This document shows positions 1 to 11,472 of a DNA stretch of 64,000 nucleotides, piece after piece. How positions within the stretch are numbered: the stretch's first letter is position 1; each line of letters starts with the position of its first letter. Location: contig CAWDTA010000002.1 of assembly GCA_963805085.1 (NCBI GenBank), positions 768,001 to 832,000 of the forward strand, given 5' to 3'. The notes beneath the pieces were generated by a model. It had not been told where the DNA came from and did no database searches. It saw only the letters and a program-made list of their open reading frames with translations. The translations under genes and the position numbers were made by a program. The stretch is from an uncultured Veillonellaceae bacterium. Its GTDB lineage: Bacteria > Bacillota > Negativicutes > JARBTT01.

Positions 1-1
1 T

Positions 2-568
2 CTTATAGTATCTTTTGTAGTTGTTGGTACTAAAGCATATGGAAGTAATATGGGCTTAGCTCCTCTAAACATCGTAGTAGAAAGAGCAATAGGCTCCTAT
101 GCTAGTGTAGTAACTACATTAATTGCTACTGGATGCTCGTTCGTAACTATTCATACTATCATTGCTGGATTCTCAAGAATACTATATGCCCAAGCACGCG
201 ATGGGGATCTTCCTAAATGGTTTTTAGAAATTCATCCCCGTTATAAAGTTCCTACCAATGCTATGTTCGGGCAATTACTAGCTTATAGTGCAGTTCTGTT
301 ATTTGTTTTTCTAACCAAAACGAATATAGAATATCTCATTAAATGGCCAAGCATTACTTTTCTTGCACTCTATAGTATTGCTATGGCTGCTACATCCAAG
401 CTATTACCACTAGGTAATTGGGGGCGTTGGACTGGCTATATTACTTTAATATCCTGTATCATATTGCTTTTAGCTAGCGGCTGGGCATGCTTATACCCCA
501 TATCGTTAATTTTCATATGCACTTTAATTTCAAAGAAATTTAAACGTTCACATAAAAGAAGTTTATAG
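2..568 (+). CDS. APC-family amino acid permease, 5' end outside window
   Basis: Frame open from base 2; hydrophobic helices and the APC-type motif SRILYAQARDGDLPKWFLEIHPRYKVPTNA. Confidence 0.8.
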   Translation, partial: LIVSFVVVGTKAYGSNMGLAPLNIVVERAIGSYASVVTTLIATGCSFVTIHTIIAGFSRILYAQARDGDLPKWFLEIHPRYKVPTNAMFGQLLAYSAVLLFVFLTKTNIEYLIKWPSITFLALYSIAMAATSKLLPLGNWGRWTGYITLISCIILLLASGWACLYPISLIFICTLISKKFKRSHKRSL

Positions 569-739
569 ATAGTAGCATAAAAAAAATATTGGTCAGGTAT
601 AATTCCGTTAAGAAATTAATTTGTTTTATGCTCAAACAAAGGTCCGTGATTAGCTGATTGTTATTACGCTCGCCGGAGTGCTACCGAAAGGACTGTGATA
701 GCTATTCCACCTAAATAAAATTAAAAGGAGTGCTTGATT

Positions 740-1129
740 ATGAGGGTAAGAGAGCATCTTATAGATTTTGAGAAAGTAGCTTTCCCATTTACAGTGACTA
801 ACTTGGCTCGTCAAGCTGTAATGTTAGCACTTAAGGATCAAAAATTTATTGATGATTCAATTAGAAAAACAAAAGATGCTAAAGATAAGCTAATTAAAGC
901 TTGCTCTAAAATAATAGTTTGGAATACTAGCCTCGAAGTTCCCATTATGGTATTACAACATCCAGATACTAAAATCGATTTATATAAGTTATTTCTAGAA
1001 AAAAAGATAATTACAGAGTCTGGCAAAGGATTTCCGGAATTGGGTAAAAATGCAGTAAGATTTAGAATAACAACTAATAATATAGAAAGAATAATAGAAG
1101 CTATAAAAAGCATAGAGCAAGAAATGTAA
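740..1129 (+). pseudogene. C-terminal fragment of a class I/II PLP aminotransferase (HisC-like)
   Basis: FPFTVTNLARQAVMLALKD...LLEKKII-like...AVRFRIT resembles only the C-terminal third; the PLP-lysine region is absent. Confidence 0.55.
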
Positions 1130-1165
1130 GGAGACTATCCCGAGATCCGTGTAAACCTCCAAGTT

Positions 1166-1211
1166 GGGACTGTCGCACAAGCGATATAAATTTATCGTTA
1201 GCGACAGCCCC
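1166..1211. repeat. GGGRCTGTYGCA...GCRRCAGCCCC hairpin (terminator/MITE-like family)
   Basis: gggactgtcgca...tagcgacagcccc; related hairpins at 35448-35483 and 37902-37937. Confidence 0.55.
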
Positions 1212-1410
1212 CTTTTAATAGAGATATTCCCTAATAAGCTCTTAACCCCATAGAAAAATTTAATCAATTAATGATATTAAAAAACAACAAAAGCCTACAG
1301 CCAAATAAAATTTATTGGATGTAAGCTTTTCCTATATTTGAAATAAAAGCATTGCTATATCTGTTAACTAAAAAACAAAGGGTTGCTATTGTATCACAAA
1401 TAAAAACTCT

Positions 1411-1869
1411 TTAATTAGAATGGTTACTTTTTTCATTCAAAAACTGTTTAAACTCTACATGAATATTTGGATTTGATTTCATGAAATTTACCAAGGATTG
1501 AATGGAATATATGGTTGTCCTTGATAAATAATGTTCCATAGCTTCGGCTTCTTCACTAAAATTGCAATCGGCTTCAATTAAATATAAAAAATCTTGTAAG
1601 ATTCGATTCCGCTCGACCAAGAATCGTCCAACCACCCGTCCCCAATCCGTCAGATAAATATCACCATATTTCCGATAAATAATATATTCTTTACTTTTCA
1701 GCTTTCTAAGTGCCTTACTAACAGAAGGTGCCGATACTTTCAATTTTCCACCAATATCTGAGACTCTCACACTTGGTTGCGTAAGTGAAAAGCGATAAAT
1801 TTCTTCCAAATAATCTTCTAAACTTGGTGACAAGTCATATTCTAAGTAAACCTTATCATCACTCAGCAC
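1411..1869 (-). CDS. DtxR/MntR-family metal-dependent transcriptional regulator
   Basis: LSPSLEDYLEEIY, VSAPSVSKALRKL, EAEAMEHYLS; GTG at 1869 follows a GAGGGG RBS. Confidence 0.85.
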   Translation of the reverse strand: MLSDDKVYLEYDLSPSLEDYLEEIYRFSLTQPSVRVSDIGGKLKVSAPSVSKALRKLKSKEYIIYRKYGDIYLTDWGRVVGRFLVERNRILQDFLYLIEADCNFSEEAEAMEHYLSRTTIYSIQSLVNFMKSNPNIHVEFKQFLNEKSNHSN

Positions 1870-1946
1870 GCTCAATCCCCTCGCACAATCCCTTTGATAT
1901 AGCATATATATGCAGGGCATCTGAGCAGTATGACAACTATTTCTAC

Positions 1947-3833
1947 TTAATCAAGTTCAATTACCCCTTGGTATAGATCATAATATCGTCCCCTCATTTG
2001 CAATAATGCTGTATGATTACCCCGTTCGATAATTTTTCCTTGATCCATAACGATAATCATATCGGCATTACGTACCGTCGACAAACGATGGGCAACAATA
2101 AAGGTCGTAGAATATTGCATCAAATGTTTTAAACCTTGTTCAATGTGCATTTCTGTTCTCGTATCAACAGAACTAGTCGCTTCATCGAGAATGAGAATCG
2201 GTGTTTTGGCAATTGCAGCACGGGCAATATTTAAGAGCTGTCTTTGCCCTTGGCTTAAATTAGCCCCGTCCCCTTCAATGACCGTATCATAACATTTGGC
2301 AAGTTTCTTAATAAACAAATGTGCATTTGCAAGTTTCGCCGCTTCTTCTACCTCTTGATCGGTAGCACTGCGTTTTCCATAACGAATATTTTCCCGAATC
2401 GTTCCCGTAAATAAATGCGTATCTTGCAATACGACAGCAATCGCTTTTCGTAAACTTGATTTTTCGATGTTACGAATATCGATCCCATCAATTGCAATCG
2501 TACCTTCATCAATATCATAAAACCGCGTGATTAAATTTAAAATTGTCGTTTTACCAGCCCCAGTTGCGCCAACGAAGGCAATTTTTTGTCCAACTTTGGC
2601 TTTCAAGGAAATATCAGTTAACGTCTTCTTTGCTGCTGTATACCCAAAACTTACATCTTTAAATTCTATGTCGCCATTGACCGCAATTACTTCTTCTTGC
2701 TCATTACTCTTTCTCTGCCAGATCAAATTCCCCGATTGATCATTTTTCAAAACAAATAAATGTTCCTCACGAATTGTTTCCGTCTTTTCATCCAACACTT
2801 CAACGATCCGCTCAGCCCCAGCCAGCGCAGTGACAACGGTATTATATTGATTGGATGCCTCATTTACTGGTCTACCAAACATCAATGTCAATTGCAAAAA
2901 TACCACCAATGCGCCCACTGACATCAGACCATTGACCACTAAAATACCACCAACCATAACAACGATCGCATAAATAACATTATTACTATTGCGCGCGAGT
3001 GGCATCATCATCCCCGCATAGGATTGTGCCGACATCGCGGCTTCACAAAGCTCCTTATTCCGTTTTGAAAACTCTTGCTTGGCTTTCTCCTCGTAACCAA
3101 AAACCTTAACCACTTTTTGCCCACTGATGATTTCTTCTACATACCCATTGACATGGCCTAAATTTGCCTGTTGCTGTTTAAAATATTTACCACTAATTTT
3201 CATCAATCGACTCACTAAAAATATGGTGATTGGCACGACTAAAATTGTGATCATTGTTAATATTAAGCTGCGATATACCATCATCCCAAAGATCCCAACA
3301 ATTGTAATCACACTACTAAAAAACATGAGCATACTATTTTGCAATGCATCATTGAGTGTATCGACATCATTGCTGAATCGGCTCATCATTTCACCCGTTG
3401 TGTGCGTATCATGATAATGGACTGAAAGAGCTTGTACATGTTCAAATAAATGTGTGCGAATATCATAAATTGTCTGCTGGGCAATATGAAGCATGATTTT
3501 ACTTTGCCCATAAGCCGCCACCACCGATACAAAATAAATAAGCGATAATACGATCGTTCCATGAGCCAGTCCAGTAAAACGCTCTTCTACTGTTAATACA
3601 TTGCTGCTCGGTTGTAAAAAGTTATCAATCAACGGCTGCAAATAAGCAGTTGCACCCAAAGAGGTCGCGATATTGACCAATACCAACAAAAACGCTAGTA
3701 CTAGCGAAAATTTTTTAGGTGCTAAGTATCGCCACAAATAGGTTAGCGTTCGTTTCCATTGCTTTGGTTTTTGTACAGTCATCACACGATTATGACCAAT
3801 TGGCGGTTCTATCGGTTTTCTTTGTTTTTCCAT
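1947..3833 (-). CDS. ABC exporter, TMD+NBD subunit (TM288-like)
   Basis: Walker A GATGAGKT, signature LSQGQ, Walker B ILDEATS, switch IVAHR. Confidence 0.92.
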   Translation of the reverse strand: MEKQRKPIEPPIGHNRVMTVQKPKQWKRTLTYLWRYLAPKKFSLVLAFLLVLVNIATSLGATAYLQPLIDNFLQPSSNVLTVEERFTGLAHGTIVLSLIYFVSVVAAYGQSKIMLHIAQQTIYDIRTHLFEHVQALSVHYHDTHTTGEMMSRFSNDVDTLNDALQNSMLMFFSSVITIVGIFGMMVYRSLILTMITILVVPITIFLVSRLMKISGKYFKQQQANLGHVNGYVEEIISGQKVVKVFGYEEKAKQEFSKRNKELCEAAMSAQSYAGMMMPLARNSNNVIYAIVVMVGGILVVNGLMSVGALVVFLQLTLMFGRPVNEASNQYNTVVTALAGAERIVEVLDEKTETIREEHLFVLKNDQSGNLIWQRKSNEQEEVIAVNGDIEFKDVSFGYTAAKKTLTDISLKAKVGQKIAFVGATGAGKTTILNLITRFYDIDEGTIAIDGIDIRNIEKSSLRKAIAVVLQDTHLFTGTIRENIRYGKRSATDQEVEEAAKLANAHLFIKKLAKCYDTVIEGDGANLSQGQRQLLNIARAAIAKTPILILDEATSSVDTRTEMHIEQGLKHLMQYSTTFIVAHRLSTVRNADMIIVMDQGKIIERGNHTALLQMRGRYYDLYQGVIELD

Positions 3834-5572
3834 TAAGCTTCCTCCGCCTTTTGATTCTGTGAATAATAAATTTCTTGATATTCTAAACTATTTTTCATGA
3901 GTTCATCATGGGTTCCGCTCGCCATGATCTTACCTTCACTGAGAACCAAAATTTTATTAACATCACGAACAGAACTAATCCTTTGCGCGATGATAAAAAT
4001 TGTCGTATTATTTAACACCTCGGTTAAACCGCCACGAATCTTGCGTTCCGTTACGGTATCAACCGCACTCGTACTATCATCTAAAATTAAAACAGCTGGT
4101 TTTTTCAGGATTGCCCGCGCAATACACAGCCGTTGTTTTTGACCACCAGATAGATTCGATCCCCCTTGCTCTAGATATGTATCATAGCCCTCAGGGAAGC
4201 TTGATATGAAATCATGCGCCTGGGCAACTTTTGCTGCAGAGATAATTTCGGTTTCCGTAGCATCGGTGTACCCCCACTTTAAATTTTCACGAATGGTTCC
4301 AGAAAACAACGTGTTTTTTTGCAAGACCATCCCGATGTTTTTTCTTAAAGAGGTTAGTGTATACTTAGCAATATCCCTGCCATCTAACAATATTTTTCCC
4401 TCAGCAACATCATATAACCGAGGTAATAATTGCACCAAGGAACTCTTACCAGCTCCCGTACTGCCAATAATCGCGATGACTTCCCCTGGTTTTACAGTGA
4501 AATCAATATCCTTTAAAATATAGTCCACCGAAGAACCAGCATAACGAAAGGCAACATGCTCAAAAACTACTTCGCCATTAACAACTTCAATAGATTCTGC
4601 CCCTTGACGATCAAACAAATCAACGCGCATATCGAGTACTTCACAAATTCTTTTATAAGAAGCGCTCGATCGCGCTAACATAATAAGCATCAACGACAAC
4701 ATCATTAAAGACATCAACACAATAAAAATATAATTGATAAAAGCCGTGATCTGGGCAATATCGGTGATCCCAGTTAAGACCATGTTCCCACCAAAATAGA
4801 CCACAGCCACGATAGCCGCATTCATCATAAACATCAGCAACGGCATATTTAAAATGACGATATTCATTGCTTTGATTGACGAATCTAGTAAATGATGATT
4901 TGCTGCTTCAAACTTTTCTATTTCAAACGCTTCTCGCACAAACGACTTTACCACTCTGACGTTGGTCAAATTTTCTTGCACATTAGAATTCAACTCATCT
5001 AGATTCCGTTGCATTTGCCTAAACAAAGGAACGGCAAGATAAATAATCATCGTTAACGCAATCACTAAAACCGGCATAACCACCGCTAAAATAAGTGACA
5101 GCTCCAAGTTGATCCGAATCGCCATGATCAATGAAAAACAAAGCAAAATTGGGCCACGCACTAAAATACGCATGCCAGCCATGATGGCATTTTGCATTTG
5201 GGTAATATCGTTGGTAAGCCTTGTCGTTAGAGAACCAACAGAAAATGCATCAATATTCTCAAAGGAAAACGTCTGCACCTTATCAAATAAAACCTGCCTT
5301 AAATCCGAGGCAACCCCAACCCCCGTCCGTGCCGAATAGCGCGCATTGCCAATCCCACTAATCAAAGCCAGCATTGCTATACCAACCATCACCAGTCCGA
5401 TTTGCGAAATGTAAAAAACATCTCCCGACGCAATCCCCCATCCCACAATCTTCGCCATCAGATTTGGATAAGCCATTTCTGCTAATGATTCAAGCAATAA
5501 AAATACTAATGAAAATGCGATATCTTTTTGATACTTCTTTATATATGGATACATTCTAAACAATGAATTCAC
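3833..5572 (-). CDS. ABC exporter, TMD+NBD subunit with degenerate site (TM287-like)
   Basis: GSTGAGKS, LSGGQ, degenerate ILDDSTS and IIAQR; coupled to the partner gene at 3833. Confidence 0.92.
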   Translation of the reverse strand: MNSLFRMYPYIKKYQKDIAFSLVFLLLESLAEMAYPNLMAKIVGWGIASGDVFYISQIGLVMVGIAMLALISGIGNARYSARTGVGVASDLRQVLFDKVQTFSFENIDAFSVGSLTTRLTNDITQMQNAIMAGMRILVRGPILLCFSLIMAIRINLELSLILAVVMPVLVIALTMIIYLAVPLFRQMQRNLDELNSNVQENLTNVRVVKSFVREAFEIEKFEAANHHLLDSSIKAMNIVILNMPLLMFMMNAAIVAVVYFGGNMVLTGITDIAQITAFINYIFIVLMSLMMLSLMLIMLARSSASYKRICEVLDMRVDLFDRQGAESIEVVNGEVVFEHVAFRYAGSSVDYILKDIDFTVKPGEVIAIIGSTGAGKSSLVQLLPRLYDVAEGKILLDGRDIAKYTLTSLRKNIGMVLQKNTLFSGTIRENLKWGYTDATETEIISAAKVAQAHDFISSFPEGYDTYLEQGGSNLSGGQKQRLCIARAILKKPAVLILDDSTSAVDTVTERKIRGGLTEVLNNTTIFIIAQRISSVRDVNKILVLSEGKIMASGTHDELMKNSLEYQEIYYSQNQKAEEA

Positions 5573-5617
5573 TCCTGAAAAAACTACTTTCTCTTATTAT
5601 AAATCATTTTAACAAAA

Positions 5618-5659
5618 CAAACCCCTAGTTTACTAAATTTATTGCAAACTAGGGGTTAT
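5618..5659. terminator. Rho-independent terminator after the antiterminator gene
   Basis: aacccctagttt...aaactaggggtt inverted repeat. Confidence 0.7.
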
Positions 5660-6493
5660 TTATTTAACTATTCTTTTAATATAAATCGTTAAATAAACCA
5701 ATTCATCATCTGAAAGGTCTACTTGCATCGTTTTTTTTATATACGCTTCAATTTTCTTTGCACATTCATATTCTTTTTTATACTTGTTAATCACTTGTAA
5801 AAGTAAAAATTCTTCTTGTGATTCCATTAATTTATTTTCAATTAACCTGTGCACAAAAAATTGTAAATGAGTTATAAATCTAGTGTAATCTAATGAATTC
5901 TTATCAATTATTGTACTTGCAAATTGATATTCTACAATAGCCAAAATATCTTTTACTATTTTTACCGTTTTAATTGTTTGATTCATGTTTTGCTCATCTG
6001 ATTGTGCATTTACTAAGTGGAATGCAATATTACCAGCTTCTTCTTCTGGTAATTCAATTTGAAGCATATGATTAATATAGTCGACGGCTTCTTTGCCGAT
6101 GCAAAACTCTTTCGGATAGAATTTTTTCACTTCCCATAAAAGATGATTTTGTATCACGATATTTTCATTATATCTTTTAATAGCAAAACTAATATGGTCT
6201 ATTAAGGTAATAAATAATTGTGTATGCAATTCTACTTTCAAAACTTCATTTGCTTGTTTAATAATATAATGCGTAATATCAACATAACTTTCCGGCATAT
6301 TTTCAATTAAATTTATATATTCATTCGTAGATTTTTTATTATCTAATATATATATCTTTTCAATTTGATCTTCCGATATTATATTCCCAACTTTTCCATT
6401 ATAACCAATCGCTTTTCCACTAACAATCACTTCATTTTCTTGATCATCTTTACCTAAAATTAAATTGTTATTCAAAATTTTAATTATCTTCAT
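5660..6493 (-). CDS. licT: BglG/LicT-family transcriptional antiterminator
   Basis: N-terminal CAT domain MKIIKILNNN...VIVSGKAIGY and two PRD domains. Confidence 0.9.
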   Translation of the reverse strand: MKIIKILNNNLILGKDDQENEVIVSGKAIGYNGKVGNIISEDQIEKIYILDNKKSTNEYINLIENMPESYVDITHYIIKQANEVLKVELHTQLFITLIDHISFAIKRYNENIVIQNHLLWEVKKFYPKEFCIGKEAVDYINHMLQIELPEEEAGNIAFHLVNAQSDEQNMNQTIKTVKIVKDILAIVEYQFASTIIDKNSLDYTRFITHLQFFVHRLIENKLMESQEEFLLLQVINKYKKEYECAKKIEAYIKKTMQVDLSDDELVYLTIYIKRIVK

Positions 6494-6566
6494 TGAATAA
6501 AAATAACCTCCTACAAAATATATTATTGTTAGTATCTAGGAATGGCTTAAGAAAAAATTTTAACAA

Positions 6567-8048
<1,482 letters not shown>

Positions 8049-8113
8049 TTACCTTATAAAATTCATTTACTATGCTCATAATTTATAATTTTCATCTATA
8101 TAATAATTTATCT

Positions 8114-9997
8114 TTATTTTATTACTGTAAACAAAATATCCTCTTTTGATACGGCTGTATTCTCCGTTCCTAATACGTCCAAGTACTTTTCCGTATTCGT
8201 TGCAACTACCATGGTTGTTATTTCATAACCCGATTTTTTAATATTATCTTTGTCAAATTGAATCAATAGCTGACCTTTTTTTATATTTTCTCCATTTTTG
8301 ACTTTTGCTGCAAAATATTTTCCTTCTAGTTGTACCGTATCAATACCGATATGAATCATAATTTCCAATCCATTATCGGCAGTTATGCCAAGCGCATGTC
8401 CAGTTGGAAATACTGCTGTCACTACCCCATCGACTGGCGCATAAACATTACCGTCAGCAGGTTCAATTGCCATTCCCTTGCCTACTGATTCTGTTGAAAA
8501 AACAGAATCATTTACTTTCGCTAATGGAATTGCATTCCCTTTTACAGGTGCTAGTACTTCATATATTTTAATACCTTCACAAAAATCAGTTTTCTTTTTT
8601 TCCTTCACAAATTCCTTTTTAGTTTCTTCTTTTTCTGTTGGTACATCATCTTCTTCAATACCTAAGAAGTACGTAATACCTGTTGTTAAGAAAAATGCCG
8701 CTGAAATCCCAATAATATAAAATAAAAATGTATCAGTCATAAATGCTGGTAACGTTGTTAATGCTGGGAACACATACACCATAACCGTTGTTTTCATACT
8801 GCCAACAAAACCACCTGCGATTGCGCCACTAATAACGGCGGCATACATTGGTGTTTTATATTTCACCGAAATACCATATACAATCGGCTCTGTAATTCCG
8901 CCTAAAAGTGCTGGTAACATTGCTGAAAAAGCAAAAGTTTTATTCTTTTTTTGCTTTGCCTTTAAAAATACCCCAAATGCTGCACCAGCTTGTGCAAATG
9001 TCGCTGTCGCAACAGCTGGACGAATCGTATCAAAACCATAAAGCGCTATATTGTTAATCATGATTGGTACAACGCCCCAATGAATCCCAAACATAACAAG
9101 AAAAGTCCAACCTGCGCCAATGATAGCACCAGTTAATACTCCACTTTTTGCACTTAAGAATCCAATTGCCGCACCAAGACTATTCCCTAAAGTTACACCA
9201 ACTGGTCCAATCACCATCATAGTAAGTGGAACCATAATTAAAAGTGCTAAAAAAGAAATCATAAATATTTCGATGTTCTTCGGAATAATTTTCTTTAACA
9301 ATCTTTCTACATAAGAATATACCCATACAGATAAAATTGCTGGAAAAATGGTAGAAGTATAAGACATTAATACAACGGGAATTCCAGCAAAACTTGTAAT
9401 ATCACCGACTTTTTTCATTAGTGAAGTAAAGTTCGGTTCAATCAACGCCCCCATGATACCTGCTGCAATATAAATATTTACCCCAAATGTTTTTGCTGCT
9501 GAAAACGCAATCATTATCGGGAATAAATAAAATACGCTATTGCCAGCTGCCGCTAAAATTTTATAGGTACTGCTTGAATTTTCCATGCCGCAATAAGTCG
9601 TGAAGATGACAAGCAATGCCTTAATCATCCCAGAACCTGCTAGTAATGGAACGATTGGGGCTAAAATAGAAGACATCATATTGAATAATTTTACAATAGG
9701 ATTACTTGTACTTATTTTTGTTTCTTCTTGTTTTTCTATTGAATTTTCTTTTATTGAATATAAAGATAAAATGGTATCACATACTTCTTCGACGTGATTA
9801 CCAATAACTACTTGATATTGTCCATTACTAATAATTAAACTAATAACCCCTTCGATTACTTCTACTTCTTTTTTATTAACGAGACTTTCATCTTTTACTT
9901 TAAATCTTAGTCTTGTCATACAATGATACAGATTTAATACGTTTTTTTCTCCACCAACAGCATTGATAATGTTTTCTGCTAAACTTTCATATTTCAT
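8114..9997 (-). CDS. PTS beta-glucoside transporter EIIBCA
   Basis: HCMTRLRF (EIIB Cys), GITEP (EIIC), IHIGIDTV (EIIA His). Confidence 0.93.
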   Translation of the reverse strand: MKYESLAENIINAVGGEKNVLNLYHCMTRLRFKVKDESLVNKKEVEVIEGVISLIISNGQYQVVIGNHVEEVCDTILSLYSIKENSIEKQEETKISTSNPIVKLFNMMSSILAPIVPLLAGSGMIKALLVIFTTYCGMENSSSTYKILAAAGNSVFYLFPIMIAFSAAKTFGVNIYIAAGIMGALIEPNFTSLMKKVGDITSFAGIPVVLMSYTSTIFPAILSVWVYSYVERLLKKIIPKNIEIFMISFLALLIMVPLTMMVIGPVGVTLGNSLGAAIGFLSAKSGVLTGAIIGAGWTFLVMFGIHWGVVPIMINNIALYGFDTIRPAVATATFAQAGAAFGVFLKAKQKKNKTFAFSAMLPALLGGITEPIVYGISVKYKTPMYAAVISGAIAGGFVGSMKTTVMVYVFPALTTLPAFMTDTFLFYIIGISAAFFLTTGITYFLGIEEDDVPTEKEETKKEFVKEKKKTDFCEGIKIYEVLAPVKGNAIPLAKVNDSVFSTESVGKGMAIEPADGNVYAPVDGVVTAVFPTGHALGITADNGLEIMIHIGIDTVQLEGKYFAAKVKNGENIKKGQLLIQFDKDNIKKSGYEITTMVVATNTEKYLDVLGTENTAVSKEDILFTVIK

Positions 9998-10051
9998 GTC
10001 AATTCTTCCTTTCTTTTTTGGCCATTGTTTTTCTTGCTAGTATCGAAAAAC

Positions 10052-10807
10052 AATCAAAACCACCCGTCCAACGGGTGGTTTGAACTGAGGCTGTAAGCCT
10101 CTATTACTAGCCAGCGTCTAAAGGCGCTGGCTTTCACTTTGTTCAAGCCACTGTGGTTTTGTCATTTTTACTATCCCTCAAGGGATATTTGTACTATTTT
10201 ACTTTTTACCCTTAAAAGGGTCTTCATATTCTCTAACACTTAATTTATCTAGTGCCTGATCATGTTTTTCTTGCTCTTGTATATATTTTTTTATAGTGGC
10301 TTCATTCAATCCTACTGTACTTACATAATATCCTTCTGCCCAAAAATGTCTGTTCCCATATTTATACTTTAGGTTACTATGCTTTTCGAATATCATCAGT
10401 GCACTTTTTCCTTTTAAGTATCCCATAAATGCAGATACACTAATTTTCGGTGGTATTGACACTAACATATGCACATGGTCTACCATCAAATGCCCCTCTA
10501 ATATTTCTACCCCCTTGTAACTACATAATCTCCTTAATATTTCCCCTATACTTTCTCTGTATTGCCCATATATTATTTTTCTTCTATACTTCGGCGTAAA
10601 TACTATATGATACTTGCACATCCATTTGGTATGTGCTAAACTTTGAGCCATAAACTCACCGATCCTTTCTTGTAATAGTGGCCTGAACACCCTCTATTAT
10701 AAGAATCCGGTGAGTTTTTGTATAACTTCTGTCGCGCACCTGCATAGCAGGTGGTTTTTTGTTTCGTTCGCTTCGCTACCTCAACAGACTAAAGTCTAAA
10801 ATAAAAA
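10052..10807 (-). mobile_element. IS200/IS605-family element (tnpA only), copy 1
   Basis: Matches 47598-48353 at constant offset; subterminal hairpins aaaccacccgt/acgggtggttt and cacctgc/gcaggtg; exact ends uncertain by a few bases. Confidence 0.92.
10199..10651 (-). CDS. tnpA: IS200 Y1 (HUH) transposase
   Basis: YHIVFTPKYR, DHVHML (HUH), KKYIQEQ catalytic Tyr. Confidence 0.95.
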   Translation of the reverse strand: MAQSLAHTKWMCKYHIVFTPKYRRKIIYGQYRESIGEILRRLCSYKGVEILEGHLMVDHVHMLVSIPPKISVSAFMGYLKGKSALMIFEKHSNLKYKYGNRHFWAEGYYVSTVGLNEATIKKYIQEQEKHDQALDKLSVREYEDPFKGKK

Positions 10808-10874
10808 AGGCCTTTCCCAAGACGTATAAAATACATCTTAGAAAAGGCCTTGCCTGCATTACCAGTAACACACC
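10802..10874 (-). promoter_or_regulatory. RAT (ribonucleic antiterminator) overlapping the bgl leader terminator
   Basis: Minus strand GGTGTGTTACTGGTAATGCAGGCAAGGCC matches the BglG/LicT RAT; terminator stem 10808-10827/10831-10850 then a U-tract. Confidence 0.88.
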
Positions 10875-10923
10875 TTAAGTAAAATTTTTAAATATTTTAC
10901 TTATATTAATTTTTATTAGGTTG

Positions 10924-10952
10924 ATTATATCTTTATTTTCAGATAATTGCAA
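10924..10952 (-). promoter_or_regulatory. sigma-A promoter of the bgl operon
   Basis: TTGCAA-17 nt-TATAAT on the minus strand. Confidence 0.7.
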
Positions 10953-10974
10953 TAGATTTATTATTAAAAATATT

Positions 10975-11073
10975 TATTCCCTAATTCAACACCTGTGGAC
11001 TAGTTGCTGTTTGGTTTATTTCCCGTTGCTTTGCAGTTCTCTACCCTTTTGATTATCCGCTAACATGATTTTT
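10975..11073 (-). pseudogene. Remnant of a ppk 3' end, internally deleted
   Basis: 10981-11013 matches 20422-20454 and 11013-11073 matches 20558-20617. Confidence 0.85.
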
Positions 11074-11133
11074 GAGTAATTAAATGTTAAAATGTTTTTA
11101 CGACAGTTGGCAGCAAGGACTTCCCCACATTTC

Positions 11134-11396
11134 AGCCACCTCGTCAAAGCCCCCACAGAAAATGCATCAATATTCTCAAAGGAAAAGGTCTGTACCTTAT
11201 CAAATAAAACCTGCCTTAAATCCTAGCCATCAAATTATGATAAGCCATTTCTGTTAACGATTCAAACAGTAAAAATAATGATGAAAATACGATATCTTTT
11301 TGATACTTCTTTATATACAGATACGTTCTTAACAATAAATTCACTCCTGAAAAACTACTTTTCCTTATTATAAATCATTTTGACAAAACAAAACCC
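11134..11396 (-). pseudogene. Remnant of the ABC exporter 5' end and upstream region, internally deleted
   Basis: 11134-11223 matches 5217-5306 and 11226-11396 matches 5454-5624. Confidence 0.9.
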
Positions 11397-11472
11397 GTTT
11401 TCGTGAAATTATGATGTTAAATATCGCTTTTAAACAATAAAACATTAAGAGGAACCATCCTTAAACTCCTAT

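Noticed and set aside
10052-10200. Omega-RNA/TnpB system at the IS200 right end
   Set aside because: No tnpB or iscB is present; the hairpins fit ordinary IS200 ends
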